NCBI RefSeq assembly: GCF_009914755.1
Contig: NC_060934.1
Length of the DNA: 64,000 bases
Direction: 5' to 3' (one strand)
Source: the human T2T-CHM13v2.0 reference genome, Homo sapiens
The translations under genes and the position numbers were made by a program. Numbering within the stretch: position 1 is the stretch's first letter; every line of letters begins with the position of its first letter. The notes beneath the pieces were generated by a model, which worked only from the letters and a program-made list of their open reading frames with translations, searched no databases and was not told where the DNA came from. Positions 31,001 through 48,569 of the stretch are shown here, piece after piece.

Positions 31001-31730
31001 CCCCTGGTGGAGCAGAGATGGGCAGCTCCCTTCCCTCACTTCACCCTCTCAGCCGTGGGGAAAGGACAGTGGCAGGAGGAACCCCAGTCTCACATACTTC
31101 AGGGCACTGAGGGGGCAGGGGAGAGGACCACAGAGTCCTAGGTTGTCTATATTCCTTGTTCTGAAGCTTGCCTTTCCATGGCTTACAGGTGAGATACACC
31201 AAGAGAGGGGGTTCCTTAAGGGTGTGGGGCTCAGTATGGGAAAAAGGCTAAGACCTGGTTGGGAGGCTGGATCGGAGAACAAAGGACAAGGACAGTATGA
31301 TGTGGGACTAAAGGGGAGTGGATATCTGGACCCAGCTGAGCTGGGAACCTTTTCCCATGGCTCTGCTTAGTCCTGGGCCTAGAATCGTAAACTTGAGCAC
31401 AAAGTGGAACTATCCATGATATCAGGATTAATCTGCTTTCTTTATAACTGCAGGTCTCTGAATTAAAACTGTGTCATGGGCCCCCAAGCACATCCCTGCC
31501 TATGCCCTGCTCCAGCTTCTGATCACCTGCTCCAGCTCCCCTATAGGCATGCATGATGCCCCAGAATGGGGCTGATCCCACAGGTTGTGGTGGTCACCCT
31601 GCAGTTTCTCCTCCTTGAGGCTAGAGCAGAGACTTTCCTCTCCTAACTCCTGGCTCCCCACCCAGGGCTACTCACTGGCCTGAAGCCCACCTTCACATTC
31701 AGCAAAACATCAGCCTTGTCAAAATAATCA

Positions 31731-31901
<171 letters not shown>

Positions 31902-32079
31902 TTAGCCAGGCATGGGGTGCGTGCATGTAGTCCCAGCTACTCAGGTGGCTGGGGTGGGAGAACCACTTGAGCTGGGGAGGCTGAGGCGTTGAGGCTGCAG
32001 TCAGCTGAAATCACACCACTGCACTCCAGCCTGAGCAACAGAGCAAGACCCTGTCTCAAGAAAAAAGAAAGAAAGAAAG

Positions 32080-32890
32080 ATAACAAGTGTTGGCAAGGCT
32101 GTGGAGAAAAGGGGCCCCTTGTATGCTTGGCTGTATTGTAAATTAGTACGGACATCTTGGAAAACAGTATGGAGGTTCCTCAAAAAACTAAAAATAGAAT
32201 TACCATATGTTCCAAGAATCTCAAAGGAATTGAAATCAGTGTGTTGAATAGATGTCTCCTCTCCCATGTTCATTGCAGGATTATTAATAATAGCCAAGAT
32301 ATGGAAACAATCTAAGTATCCATCAACTGACGAAAGGATTTAAAAGATGTGGTATATATGCACAATATAATATATTCAGCCTTGAAAAAAAAAACACAGA
32401 AAATTCTGTCATTTACGACAACATAGATAAACCTAGAGAACATTATGTTAAGTGAAATAAGCCAGGCATAATGAGACAGATGCCCTATGCTCTCACTTAT
32501 ATGTGGAAACTAAAAAAATTGAACTCGTAGAAGTAGAGAGTAGAATGGTGGTTACCAGAGGCTGGGGGTGAGGGGTGTGTGAGAGGGGAAGAGAGTGGTC
32601 GATGGATAAAAGCTTTCAATCAGGCAAGAGAAATATGTTCTGTTGTTCTGTTGCACAGTGTGGTGACTACAGTTGATAATGAGGTACTGTGTACTTCAAA
32701 ATAGCTAACAGAGAGGATTTAAAAAGTTCTTACTACAAAGAAATGATAAATATTTGAAGTAATGAATATGCTAATTCACCTGATTTGATCACTCCACAAT
32801 GTATACATGTATCAAAATGTCACATTGTACCTCATAAGTATATAGAATTATTATTTATCAATTAAAAATAAAATAAAACTTTAAAAAATG
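32080..32890 (+). mobile_element. L1MA-like ORF2 end and 3'UTR
   Basis: aacagtatggaggttcctcaaaaaactaaaaatagaattaccatatg...aaatagcta...ttaaaaataaaataaa. Confidence 0.85.
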
Positions 32891-34205
32891 GAGCAAATGG
32901 GCCAGGCACAGTGGCTAACATCAGCACTTTGGGAGGCCGAGCTTGAGACTAGGAGTTCAAGACCAGCCTGGGCAACAAAGTGAGACCCTGTCTCTACAAA
33001 AAAATCAAAAAATTAGCTGGGCATGGTAATGCATGTCTGTGATCCCAAATACACAGGAGGCTGAGGCAGGAGGATTGCTTGAGCCCGGGAGGTCAGGGCT
33101 GCAGTGAGCCGTGTTCATGCCATTGCACTCCAGCCTTGGTGACAGAGAAAGAGCTTGTTTCAAAAAAAAAAAAAAAAAAAGCAGCAGCAGCAAATGGAGG
33201 CATGAATAATGTGAGGTAGCCTATTTTAATGGTATAGACACTAAACATTATGAAGTTTAGGGGAAAAGGAAGCTTCCTCTGGAGGAAATGAAACAGAAGC
33301 TAGATCTTGATGGATGGGCGAGGTTTGGGAAGGAAGAGCCCCATCAGGTTTGGATGGGAAGGTTTGGAAAAGAAGAGGTTCCTTCTAAGCATAGGAATGA
33401 TAGGTGGGGTCTTGGGGCTCTGAAGATGTCTGTGATGCCCCTAGGGTTGTAGAAGACTGGCCCTTAGTGCAGTTGGGAGAAAACAGAGGAGGGGGAAGGC
33501 CTGAGGTTGCATAACGAGGGTGAGGACCTCTGGTGGTCCCTATTGCCGCCGAGAACTGTGGTGTGCGTGAATCCCTTCAGAGACCATGGAAACTACCAGC
33601 TATTCAGAGTGGTTGAAGAACAAAAGGAGGTGGCTTCTGACCAAGTCAGTGGGAAGGAAATGACAAAATAAGAAGAAAAGGAAGGGTTCTTTTTCATTTG
33701 GGGCACTCATCCATGCTAATTTTTCATCCATAAAGAAATGAGTAGTCAATCTTTTCATGCTTCCTTTACCAAAAGGTGATTGAATTTATTTTATTAATTC
33801 ATAGCCTATGTTTAAGGGAAATATATTATTTTGAGATTTTTATTTGTAGTTTAAATGTTTCTTGGGGGGTTGGAGATTTAAGGTAGTCCCAGACTTCTTT
33901 TAGATTTTTCCTCCTTATTATAGTTTGTATAAATATTGATCCAACCTAGATATAAGCTATGGGTAGGAGGAATCTTTTTTTTTTTTAACTATAGAACACA
34001 GCATTCCAGAAAAACCTCATTTCCATTGGTGAATGGCTATTGGCATACACAAACCTGGCATGTGGTTGAGGAGAAGGGATGCAGCTGACGTGAGAAAATC
34101 TTGAGAAGAGAGCCATAATCCCGCTTCCAATTCACTTGAGGTTTTGATGTATGAGGAAAGATGAAAAGAATTGTATGTGGGTAGGCCTGGCTGAAGAGCT
34201 AAGGA

Positions 34206-34293
34206 GTGCAGGTGCATGTGTGTGGGATGGGGTCCTGACAGCCATGTGCAGATGCATGTGTGTGGGATGGGGTCCTGACAGCCATGTGCAGAT
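34206..34293. repeat. 40-bp perfect tandem duplication (about 2.2 copies)
   Basis: GCATGTGTGTGGGATGGGGTCCTGACAGCCATGTGCAGAT at 34214-34253 and 34254-34293. Confidence 0.95.
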
Positions 34294-34619
34294 AGTTGAA
34301 GGCATAAGCCCCAAAGAAGGAGAGGGATTGTGAAGGTGCTCTTTAGGGGATTATCTAAGGGTAATGAATGAACCAAAGGGGAAAAAAATGTTTCATCAGA
34401 ACTTTCATCATGGGTAAGATGTAAGAGGCTATAAAACAACCTCCCATGAGAGGTGGTGAAATTCCCATCCCTTGAGTCATTTGGAGGAGACCTAGAAAGT
34501 TTTGGAAGTATACAACACTGCCCTGGTGGGGGAACAGATTTGGCAACCAAGACTATCCTCTATCCTGGTGTTTTACAGCTCAATTTCCAAGATGAGTCCA
34601 TTGATAAGCAATAAATTTG

Positions 34620-35200
34620 GAAACTCTCCAGAAAAAAAAAAGAAAAAGGAGGAAGAACTGTACCAGAATCAACCACCTTATGTTAGATAAGCTGATGACA
34701 AAGGAAAAGGGAGCCACTACCTCTCACCTACAAGCCTTTTAAATAATTGCAAAAAGACCCCTGCCTTGCATAACTGGACCTTAGGATAGGGTTGATGAGC
34801 AGGAAGCTAACAGTATGGTCCAGAGAAGCAGGAAAAGCAACAGGAGATGGTATATGGTTCCCATTGGGTAATTTTGGATTCTGGAGGAGGCTTGTGATCA
34901 GCAGGGGTTTGACTGTGCTAAAGGAGGGTCATCATGTGACAAGTCTCACATCTCTGATTGTTCAAGGCCACCAGTGGACTGCTTTATTCACCTTTGGTCA
35001 CCTACCTGGGCAAAATCCGATTGCTTTCTCCTGCTTAGGGTTAAGCATTCCCCAAGTGTGTGGATCAACCCGTATTGGCCCCAGGAGCACAGCTTATGCA
35101 ACACGGCTTGAGAAATGTTCTCAAAAAGTTCTCTGCATTCTTATGATGTTTAAACTTGCTCAAGAAATTGCAACTGTGGTAATCAAGTGGCATCTCCTGA
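34620..35200 (-). mobile_element. Possible Gmr1-type gag fragment F with SCAN-like segment
   Basis: [21 protein letters not shown] (ORF 35065-35250), TPADHK, *WLP...IRWLILVQFF resembling the SCAN motif QWL.P...ELLVLEQFL. Confidence 0.35.
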
Positions 35201-35203
35201 TTA

Positions 35204-35608
<405 letters not shown>

Positions 35609-35799
35609 TTAGCAGGGCTCAGCAACTTACTAGTATATGGTTCTGAACAAGTCGCTTTTGAGACTCAGTTTACCTATCTGCAAATCTCCAAAGTGTTGAT
35701 AGCAATGCCTGCCCTGCTGACTTTAAGGACTGTTTTAGGATTTAGATAATAGAATATAGAAGTCTTTATAAACTGTGTACTTTGAAGCACAAAACAAAT

Positions 35800-37130
<1,331 letters not shown>

Positions 37131-37279
37131 GACACAGTCCATAAATAACCATGGCTCACTATGACAATGATTCTTAATGGAAGACATTGGGAATCACGTA
37201 CCTATAAGAAAGCATCCTGGGCATGAGACCTTAAGCTTCATCAATATCCCGCTAGTCATCTGTGTGGGAAAAATAGTAA

Positions 37280-37447
<168 letters not shown>

Positions 37448-37583
37448 TAATTTTTGTATTTTTTGTAGCTACATGTTGCCCAGGCTGGTCTCAAACTCCT
37501 GGCCTCAAGTGATCCTCCCGCCTCAGTCTCCCAAAGTGCTTGGATTACAGGCATGAGCCACCGCACCTGGCCCCATGTCTTTA

Positions 37584-37932
<349 letters not shown>

Positions 37933-38379
37933 TTAGACTAGAAGATCTCAGGTGACCTTGGAAAGTAAGAAGGCTTTTGATGCCTACAGATTTGGGGGAA
38001 TGAAGGTGTACAGCTTCAAGGGTAAGTGGTGAGGCAATGAAAAAAGTGGCTCAAAAAAAAAAAAAAAGGAATTACAAAAAAAAAAAAGAAAAAAAAACTG
38101 GCTCCATTTAACAACACTAGTAATTTATTAAAGATCTGTTGAGTACCTACAGTGTGACCTTCTTTCATATCGGTTTGGGGATATCCTAAGAAACGGAAAC
38201 AACCATCCTCATCTTCACGTACTAAAAGCCTCACCCACTTCTTCTTATGGTGCTGATTTTAAAACAGCTTTATTGAGATAGAGTCACGTGCCATAAAATT
38301 CACCCACTTAAAACAGACAATTCAATGGTTGTAGTACATTCACAGATGTGTGTGACTATGGTGCTTTTTTTTTTTTTAG

Positions 38380-38737
<358 letters not shown>

Positions 38738-41700
38738 TGAGAGAGGGAGAGAACCCCAACCAGCAGAACAAATTCTTCACTCCTACCTTCACCAGCGGAA
38801 TCAAAGGACCCAGTGGGAGGCCACAAAGGTGCTTTACCTACCAGGGCCACTGGGTGGCAGCAGGACCCTGGCCCCATATATGTCAATATGGAGAGCCTGC
38901 TCTTTTCTGGATGTAGAAGAGCAGATAATCCAGTTTGGAGGGGCTGAGCCTTCAGAGGGGCCTCAATCTAGAGACCACTTTTCTCCACAGCTTCTTCCTA
39001 TACCTTACCTTTTTTTTTTTTCCCTCTGGATAACTCTGCAGGTTCAGATCTGGGCCGGCTAACAGGTCCTAAACCCATAGGGCTTTATCATTCTAGAGGT
39101 CTAGTAATGGCCCCTATTAAACTGGCTCCTCTGAGAAGCAGACACTAAGGCTGGGCAACTATGTGTGGTTTTTCATGGGGGAAACATCTATGAGAGAAAA
39201 CAGGGAGCTGAGTGAGGCTGACAGCGCTGTCAGAGAGTGAGGAAAGTCCTGCCTGAGTGAAGGAGATAGGGTAGGAAGATTGGGAGGGCAGCTGTGGCAT
39301 AGTCAAAGAGAGGTTCAGTGAAACCTTCTGGGAGCCACAACAGGCCATCGGGAGTTCTGTGTCCCCCAAGAATGGGCTTGCCTTCACATCCCTGCCACAC
39401 TTAGCTACTGGTGAGGCTGCTCTAGGTGGGAGCAGGCCTGGGGCAGTATGACCCAGGTGAACATCTTGGTCAGGTGCCCTACCTGTAGTCTGCGGTCTCT
39501 GAGGCCCATTCGCACTGCCTCCATGCCTTCCTTTGGAGAAATGACAGCCTCAGCCCTCCGGGGTTTCTATCAAGTGCCACATCTGCTCTCCACCTCTCAG
39601 GGAGACAACTGAACCTTCATCTCTCACCTCATGTGCTGATTTCACTTCCCAATTTCATTTCCTTCTCCCCATGACCCCACCCTCCATCATGGCTCCTCCC
39701 ATGCCCTGGATGAGACTCTGTGCCTGCTCCTGGAAGCATTCAGGCACACTCACCCTCCCAAGCAAGCCCTACATTTCCATTCCTCTGCCTTTGGCTGCTT
39801 CTTGCTTAGAAGCCCTAAAACATGAAGGAGGTAATGGTATTACCTGAATGGTGGCTTCAGCCCGGATCCCAGGTGTCAGCCTGCCCTGGCTGGAAGCTAG
39901 CTGGCCAGCACCAGGCCCCATCCCTTTCCTGGGGTCCCTGTTTCTCAAGTGACCATCTATCCTCTGGTGCCAGAGTTGGTGGTGAGGTCCCAGACTCAGC
40001 TGAGCCTCATAGACCTCCCTGAACTATGCGATAGGCACCCATAGCTTTGCCAGGTGGCTCAGAGAGCCAAGCAGCTCTTGGGGATCAGAAAAAAGACATT
40101 GACACTTGGCTGGGGAAAGCAGAGGTTTGGTAAAGTGAATGTTAGAGGGAAAGAATGATGGGTTCTTGGCGTGTTCTTGGGAACAACAGGGTCCACAGCC
40201 CCCTTTGGGGTTCTCAGTGCTGTTGAGGCTGCAGGAACTGAGGTAGGGCTGAGGGGCCTGCAGTGCATGGGGCTCCAGGCTTCGCTCCTCCATCTCCCTG
40301 GCTGGTCCTCAACTGCAGGCTTAGGAAGGATGGGATAAAGGTAGTTGGCTTTCTGGGCTGCTGCCTGAAAGGAGGACATGGGGACACCAAATATTCTGCA
40401 AGAACGTATCTGGGCCAGATGACATTGCAAATCCAGAGTCCCTTAGGACATGAGAAGGGAATAACTCTGGCCTTTAAAAGGGAATCCAGCCAACCCCGGG
40501 TGTGGGAGGAGCAGAATAACAGCATGGAAATTCACCTTGATTACATTAATTTACACCTTAGATGCTGAAGGTAAAGCTGAGGGCTAGCATGGGATTTTCC
40601 CTTTCTCTCTTGGGTAGGGAGAGATGGGGAAGAAAGGTGGAGTTGGGGGCTGGAGTAGAAAGATCAAGCTTTTAGCCGACCTGGGGAGCCTTCCAGAATG
40701 TAACTTGCCCAGAGGCCAGGCCTCCTAGGTACTAGGGTTTATGCAGCAGGGAATGTGATCACGGGGGAAGTGGTGAGTGGTGGCAGGGCAGGGGAGAAGC
40801 AGCGCCCAGCAAGTGTCCTTCTGACTTTCTGCTCAGCATGTTTGTTCTGTGGCTGGAAAGAATGAGTTACTAGACAAAACATATGAAGTACCTAGTACGC
40901 ACCTAGCAGATGTTAGGTACAGACAAATCCCCATCACATCCCCCACCTCAGTGCTCCCAGGCTGGTACAACTTTTCTGAGCCTTGCAAAATACAGGTAAA
41001 TATGTGGGTAAATATTAGTAGATTATCAAAGCACCTAGCACAGTGCACATAAATAGATGCTTAAATAAATAAAAATAAATTTTAAAAAAACACTAAATGA
41101 CTCTGTCACCAGCCCATTCTCTTCCCCTACCCGATTCTAGGGGCACCTCTTAGGAAGGGCGCCCCTCTCTCTTCCCTGAACTCCGACCCTGTTTAATATA
41201 GTATGTTTACACTCTGCCTTCATCAGATGCTAGCCTGCCCAGTTTGCTATTGTGCTTTGTCCTGTTTCTCTTAGAAATCTGTGAGCTCCCCAGGGGTGGG
41301 AGCAGAACTTTGGCTCCATTCTCCCCCACACAGCAGAGAATTGACTTTCCGCTGGGCACAGGGGAGGCTCAGTCAACACTCTATCCCCATGTGGCTACGT
41401 TGGCTTAGAGGCACAGAATGGGAGAGAAGCAGGCTCTTGGCTGAGGAAAAGCCCTGGGCGAGCACTGAGGGAAGCTTGGCCTCAGACATAGCCAGCTGCC
41501 CTCTGGACCTCGCAGCCCTGCTGTGCCCAGCTCAGCTGCTGTGTCAGTGCAAAGCCAGGGTGACATCAGCTGTGGGAGAGGTTACTGTCAGGCAAAGGGA
41601 AGGCCAGGAGAGAGATGGCTGGCTGGGGCACGAGGCTAGAAGGACTCAGGAAACAGTTCCCTTGTAGGGGAAGCAGCAGCTTGGGAGGGGCAGTTGGGAG

Positions 41701-41903
41701 GAGAGAAGCAAAAGGGGTGAAGGGCCAGGAATGGCCAGGGCCTGTCTGTTCCTTTCACCTACAGCAGGGAGAGAGGCATGGGTTCAGAACTCTGGAAGAG
41801 AGTGTGACCTTCCTGGGAGCACTCTTAGCAACTGCAGGAAGCAAATGGGGATTTACCTCTCTACGACCAGGAAGGCAACACAGGAGCCGGGCACGGTGGC
41901 TCA

Positions 41904-42232
<329 letters not shown>

Positions 42233-43049
42233 TCAGAAGCTGAGTCAGGGCAAGAGAGACTTTCCCTTCAGCTTGTTTATTTGTTGTTGGAGGCCCTAGG
42301 CCTGTGTTTGCTTTTCCTCTCCATGTGTTCATCCTAGATGGCTTGCTCAGAATGGGGTAGCCTTCCAGGCTGGGGAAAGATCCCCTATGGGCCTCCAGAG
42401 GAGGGAGGGAGTAGTCTGTGGCCTGGGAAAAGGCATCTTTGTAAGGTCAGACCACTGCAGAAATCTCTGGCCCTGGTCCTGGTCCTAAGACATTTGTCCC
42501 CAGGCCTCATCTGCTGGGACTGTCAGTACCCATCTCACACATTCTGCCCTGAGACATAAACTGCTTCCAGTCACACGCACTATCTGATCTGAGGACCTAC
42601 CCCAGGGCCCCAGGGATAGGTAACAATAAGTTGGTGGAGGCCCGTCCGCCAGTATGCATACCTGTGTGTGCAGACATTCCCGTGTGTGAGCACACACAGA
42701 AAGGGCTGGAGTGAGAGGAAGATCATGGCTCTGTGGATAGTGTGGAGAGACAGATGTCTGCCAACAGAGGGAGGTGTGGGGCTAGTGCACTGGCCTCTTC
42801 TCTACCGGGGAAAGACGTGCTACACCATCTATCCAGCCTGGGGCCCAGGAGGAGCCATATTCAAGGGTCCTCGTTCATAGTATATCAGGTCAGTCTTTTC
42901 CTCCTCTAGGTCTCTGAACTTGCCAACTGCCCTTCTCCACACTCACCCTTAATGGTCCCTTCGGATTTAGCACCGTCTCCTCCGGGAAGTCTTCTCTCGT
43001 TCTCTGGAGCTGGTCTGGAGTGTACCTTTCCTCTGGAGCCTATAGCTCA

Positions 43050-43400
<351 letters not shown>

Positions 43401-43589
43401 CTAGGATTATAGGTGCCCGCCACCACCCCGGGCTAATTTTTTGTATTTTTAGTAGAGACGGGGTTTCACCATGTTGCCCAGGCTGATCTGGAACTCCTGA
43501 CCGCAGGCGATCTACCCGCCTCGGCCTCCCAAAAGTGCTAGCATTACAAGCGTGAGCCACCATGCCCAGTCTTTAGTTTTTTTTTTTTT

Positions 43590-44810
43590 TTATACTTTTC
43601 TTATTGAGATATAATTTATATACCATAGAATTCATCCATTTAAATCATACAATTTAATGGCTTTTAGTATATTCACAGGTTGTGCATCCATCACAATCCA
43701 TTTTAGAACAGTTTTATTACTCCAAAAATAAACCCTGCATTCCTTAGCCATCACCCCCCAACATCCTCCATCCTCCTTCCAAGCCCTGGGCAACCACCAA
43801 TCTACTTTCTGTCTCTATAAATTTGCCAATTCTGGACATTTCATATAAATGGAAGCAAACAACATGTGAGACTTTGTGACTGGCTGCTTTCACTTAGCAT
43901 TCTATTTTTAAGGCTCATTATGTTACAGTACTTAGCAGTACTTCATTCTTTTTTATTCTCAAATGGTATTCCGCTGTGTGGGTATCCCATATCGTATTAT
44001 TAGAGACAGGTTCTCACTCTGTCACCCAGGCTGGAGTGCAGTGGCACAATCATAGCTCACTGTAACCTCAAACTCCTGGGCTCAAGTGATCCTACTACCT
44101 CAGCCTCCAGAGTAGCTAGGACTACAGGCACACACAGCCATACCTGGCTAATTTTTTTTTTTAATTTTCATTTTATGTATTCATTTTCTTTCTTTTTTGT
44201 TGTTGTTGTTTTGAGATAGGGTCTCACTTTGTTACCCAGGCTGGAGGGCAGTGGCATGGTGACAGCTGAGCAGCCTTGACTTCCTGGGCTCAAGTGATCC
44301 TCCTGCCTCAGCCTCCCAAGTAGCTGGGACTACAAACACGTGTCACCATGCCTGGCTGATATTTTTTTTCTTGAAACAGGGTATCACTCTGTTGCCCAGG
44401 CTGGAGTACAGTGGCGTAATAATAGCTCACTGCAGCCTCCCCTCCTGGGCTCAAGCAATCCGCTGGCCTCAGCATCCTGAGTAGCTGGGACTACAGGCTT
44501 GTGCCACCAGGCCCAGCTAAGTTTTAAAAAATGATTTTTGGTATAGAGGAGGTCTTGCTATGTTGCTCAGGCTGTATTTTTATTGTTGAGACAAGGTCTC
44601 ACTATGTTGCCATGATCCCCCCACCTCCACTTCCCAAAGTGCTCATCTTATCTGTTCATTAGTCAGTTGACAGACATTTAGGTTGTTTCCACTTTTTGAC
44701 CATTATGAATAATACTCCAGTGAATATTCATGTATACATTTGTGTGGGCATATGTTTTCATTTCTGTTGGGTTTATATCTAGGAGTGGAATTGCTGGATC
44801 CCGGGTAATA
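43590..44810 (-). mobile_element. L1MB-like fragment interrupted by Alus
   Basis: ttttagtatattcacaggttgtgc...ccctgggcaaccaccaatctactttctgtctct...ctaggagtggaattgctggatc. Confidence 0.75.
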
Positions 44811-45015
44811 TTTTGACAGGCAGAGTTCAGGGGAAGAAAAACTTGGGAAAATGAAGCATGTTTAGAAATCAGCAAGAGTGCAGGGGTTTTTCGGAGTTTT
44901 ATTTTATATTCTGTTGACAAATGTGCAGTTTGATGAAGATACAAGTTATACTAAGTGAGAAGTGAGAATTAAGGCTGGAATAGGGTGTTCAGAGTAAAAT
45001 CATGAAGCACTTTGA

Positions 45016-45355
<340 letters not shown>

Positions 45356-45376
45356 TAAATCTTAGAATCCAAATCA

Positions 45377-45916
<540 letters not shown>

Positions 45917-46289
45917 TCAGAACTTTCACACCGGACAGGGAGCCAGGACTGGAATGCAGTCTCCTGGTCACTGGCCAGAGAGTTGGCCTGACCCTGAGAC
46001 CAGTGGCCAACAAAGGAGCTGCTTAGTCTACCTCCCAGGAAATCCCAGGTGCTTGTCTTCCTGGGAAGTGAATCATTGGCGCAGCACTCCGTATTTTCTC
46101 CTCTTCCCAGGGGAAGGATCCTAGGGCAGTATTTGGGAAAGACATGGGCATGGAAGGACACCGGGTGAATGCATAGCCTGCCTGGTTCTGAGCTCTCATG
46201 GTAAGGCTCCTACAGACACGGAAAAGATGGGGGCACAGGGACAGATCAGTAGGGTCAGAGCATCTCAGGGACCGAGGGCAATATGGTCC

Positions 46290-46500
46290 TGAGCAGGGAT
46301 TAAGAGCTTGGGCTCTCATATGGTGTTTCTGGGCTCAACTGCCAGCTCCATCACTTACTGGTTGCTGTGACCATGGGCAAGTTATTCCATCTCTCCATAT
46401 CTCTTTCCTCACTTTTAAAATGGAATAATGGGGTACCCACCTCCCAGGGTCACAGAGAGGCTTACAGAAAACGATTCTTGTGAATTGGCTTGCAGTAATA
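46290..46500 (+). mobile_element. MIR element upstream of SCD (other MIR pieces near 5130, 7430, 20390, 23030, 26020, 53330)
   Basis: tcacttactggttgctgtgaccatgggcaagtt...cctcacttttaaaatggaataat core. Confidence 0.7.
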
Positions 46501-47210
46501 ATTCAATACCTGCCAGCTATTCTTATTCCACATCCAAGCCCTTTCGCCTGCTGCTGGGTGAAAACACATGTCAGTGTTTCCTGACGGTTTCCACAAAGAA
46601 GATTCCAAAATTACAACCTGCCAGTCTGAAGAATCTCCAAAACATCCCGCACGCATCCTGGAGGCGCGGCCTTGGGGATGGGACTGCCCGCCCGGGTCCT
46701 GAACAGGATGCGTGCGCGCAGGCACACACACACCAGCCAGCCTGTGTGTGCGGCCGGAGTCCCGTGCGGTCCCGGGTGAGCAGCGCGTGGCTGGTGGGCG
46801 GGGCAGAGCCATTGTTCGCAGGCGTACCGAGCCCCCCGCGCTCGCCCGGGAGGGAGGCGGGGCTTCCCGCGTCCCCCAAGCTCCAGATCCTGGGGTGGCT
46901 GCCACGTCTCCCTGCCACGCGCCTGGGGGGACGGGAAGACGGGACGGAGATGTTAGTGGTGGGCGCCCCCCGAGGGTTCACCACTGTTTCCTGAGAAACT
47001 TCCCCAGTGCCCACCCACCCGTTCTCCGTGTGCCCGAGGGCCGGTCCTGGGCTAGGCTCCGCGCCCCAGCCCCAAACCGGGTCCCCAGCCCCTTCCAGAG
47101 AGAAAGCTCCCGACGCGGGATGCCGGGCAGAGGCCCAGCGGCGGGTGGAAGAGAAGCTGAGAAGGAGAAACAGAGGGGAGGGGGAGCGAGGAGCTGGCGG
47201 CAGAGGGAAC

Positions 47211-47274
47211 AGCAGATTGCGCCGAGCCAATGGCAACGGCAGGACGAGGTGGCACCAAATTCCCTTCGGCCAAT
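47211..47274 (+). promoter_or_regulatory. SCD: SCD sterol/PUFA response element: SRE plus two NF-Y CCAAT boxes
   Basis: AGCAGATTGCG at 47211-47221 (the non-canonical SCD SRE); CCAAT at 47227-47231 and 47270-47274; TGGCA NF1 half-sites in between. Confidence 0.85.
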
Positions 47275-47546
47275 GACGAGCCGGAGTTTACAGAAGCCTC
47301 ATTAGCATTTCCCCAGAGGCAGGGGCAGGGGCAGAGGCCGGGTGGTGTGGTGTCGGTGTCGGCAGCATCCCCGGCGCCCTGCTGCGGTCGCCGCGAGCCT
47401 CGGCCTCTGTCTCCTCCCCCTCCCGCCCTTACCTCCACGCGGGACCGCCCGCGCCAGTCAACTCCTCGCACTTTGCCCCTGCTTGGCAGCGGATAAAAGG
47501 GGGCTGAGGAAATACCGGACACGGTCACCCGTTGCCAGCTCTAGCC

Positions 47547-47553
47547 TTTAAAT
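47547..47553 (+). promoter_or_regulatory. SCD: TATA-like box TTTAAAT of SCD
   Basis: AT-rich heptamer within the GC-rich leader, about 180 nt upstream of the ATG. Confidence 0.55.
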
Positions 47554-47727
47554 TCCCGGCTCGGGGACCTCCACGCACCGCGGCTAGCGCCGACAACCAG
47601 CTAGCGTGCAAGGCGCCGCGGCTCAGCGCGTACCGGCGGGCTTCGAAACCGCAGTCCTCCGGCGACCCCGAACTCCGCTCCGGAGCCTCAGCCCCCTGGA
47701 AAGTGATCCCGGCATCCGAGAGCCAAG

Positions 47728-47754
47728 ATGCCGGCCCACTTGCTGCAGGACGAT
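47728..47754 (+). CDS. SCD: SCD exon 1 coding part (MPAHLLQDD)
   Basis: ccaagATGCCGGCC...GACGAT|gtgagt; 27 nt. Confidence 0.98.
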
Positions 47755-48286
47755 GTGAGTTTCCCAGCCTGGCCCCGTACCGCCGGGTCGCAGGCGCGGG
47801 CTGGGCTTCCAGGGGACGGGTTGGTGGCAGAAGAGAGGGGAGAGCTCCGCGGAGGACTTGGTCATCTTTTTCGAGTTGTGCTGCCTTCCGTGAGTTGGGA
47901 ATGTGGATTGTAATTTGGGGACTTGAGTCTCCAACTTTAGTTTCTTAAGCTTTAAAGAAAAATCCGGTCGTGCTGGTGCTTTTATGAATTATGCGGGTTT
48001 TCCTTTGTCTTCGTGGGGATGTGAGTGCTTTACTTCTCCTTCCTACTGCCGCCTCCCGATAGGTTTCGCGCCCCTCGTCCCCCTCGCCCTCCGCCCCTAA
48101 TGTATCTGTACAGTTTCAGGGAACTTTTCTCCGTTGCGTCTCGGATACACCCTACCCTCAGTGAACTACGGCGCTGCGGAAGGGTCCGTACTGTCCACCC
48201 TTCCCCCAGCGTGATTAGAGAGCGGAGTGGCCCCAGCTGCCTCCACGTGTCTCTTCTCCTGACTCTCCTCTTCCTCCCCCTTCCAG

Positions 48287-48569
48287 ATCTCTAGCTCCTA
48301 TACCACCACCACCACCATTACAGCGCCTCCCTCCAGGGTCCTGCAGAATGGAGGAGATAAGTTGGAGACGATGCCCCTCTACTTGGAAGACGACATTCGC
48401 CCTGATATAAAAGATGATATATATGACCCCACCTACAAGGATAAGGAAGGCCCAAGCCCCAAGGTTGAATATGTCTGGAGAAACATCATCCTTATGTCTC
48501 TGCTACACTTGGGAGCCCTGTATGGGATCACTTTGATTCCTACCTGCAAGTTCTACACCTGGCTTTGGG
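48287..48569 (+). CDS. SCD: SCD exon 2 (283 nt; S/T/P-rich N-terminus, TM1)
   Basis: ttccag|ATCTCTAGC...CTTTGGG|gtaagc; ISSSYTTTTTITAPPSR...VWRNIILMSLLHLGALYG. Confidence 0.98.

Larger units (their letters stand above)
46640..48250. promoter_or_regulatory. SCD: CpG island covering the SCD promoter, exon 1 and intron 1
   Basis: Abrupt rise in GC and CpG density; GC boxes GGGCGGGGC near 46796, GAGGCGGGGC near 46854, CCGCCC near 47423 and 47445. Confidence 0.9.

Noticed and set aside
46366-46385. TGACCATGGGCAAGTT as an LXR DR4 element
   Set aside because: The second half-site is poor and the string is ordinary MIR core sequence.
46428-47948. Overlapping 140-220 aa ORFs on both strands
   Set aside because: Stop-codon depletion in the GC-rich CpG island; no recognisable domain, and several lack a true ATG.
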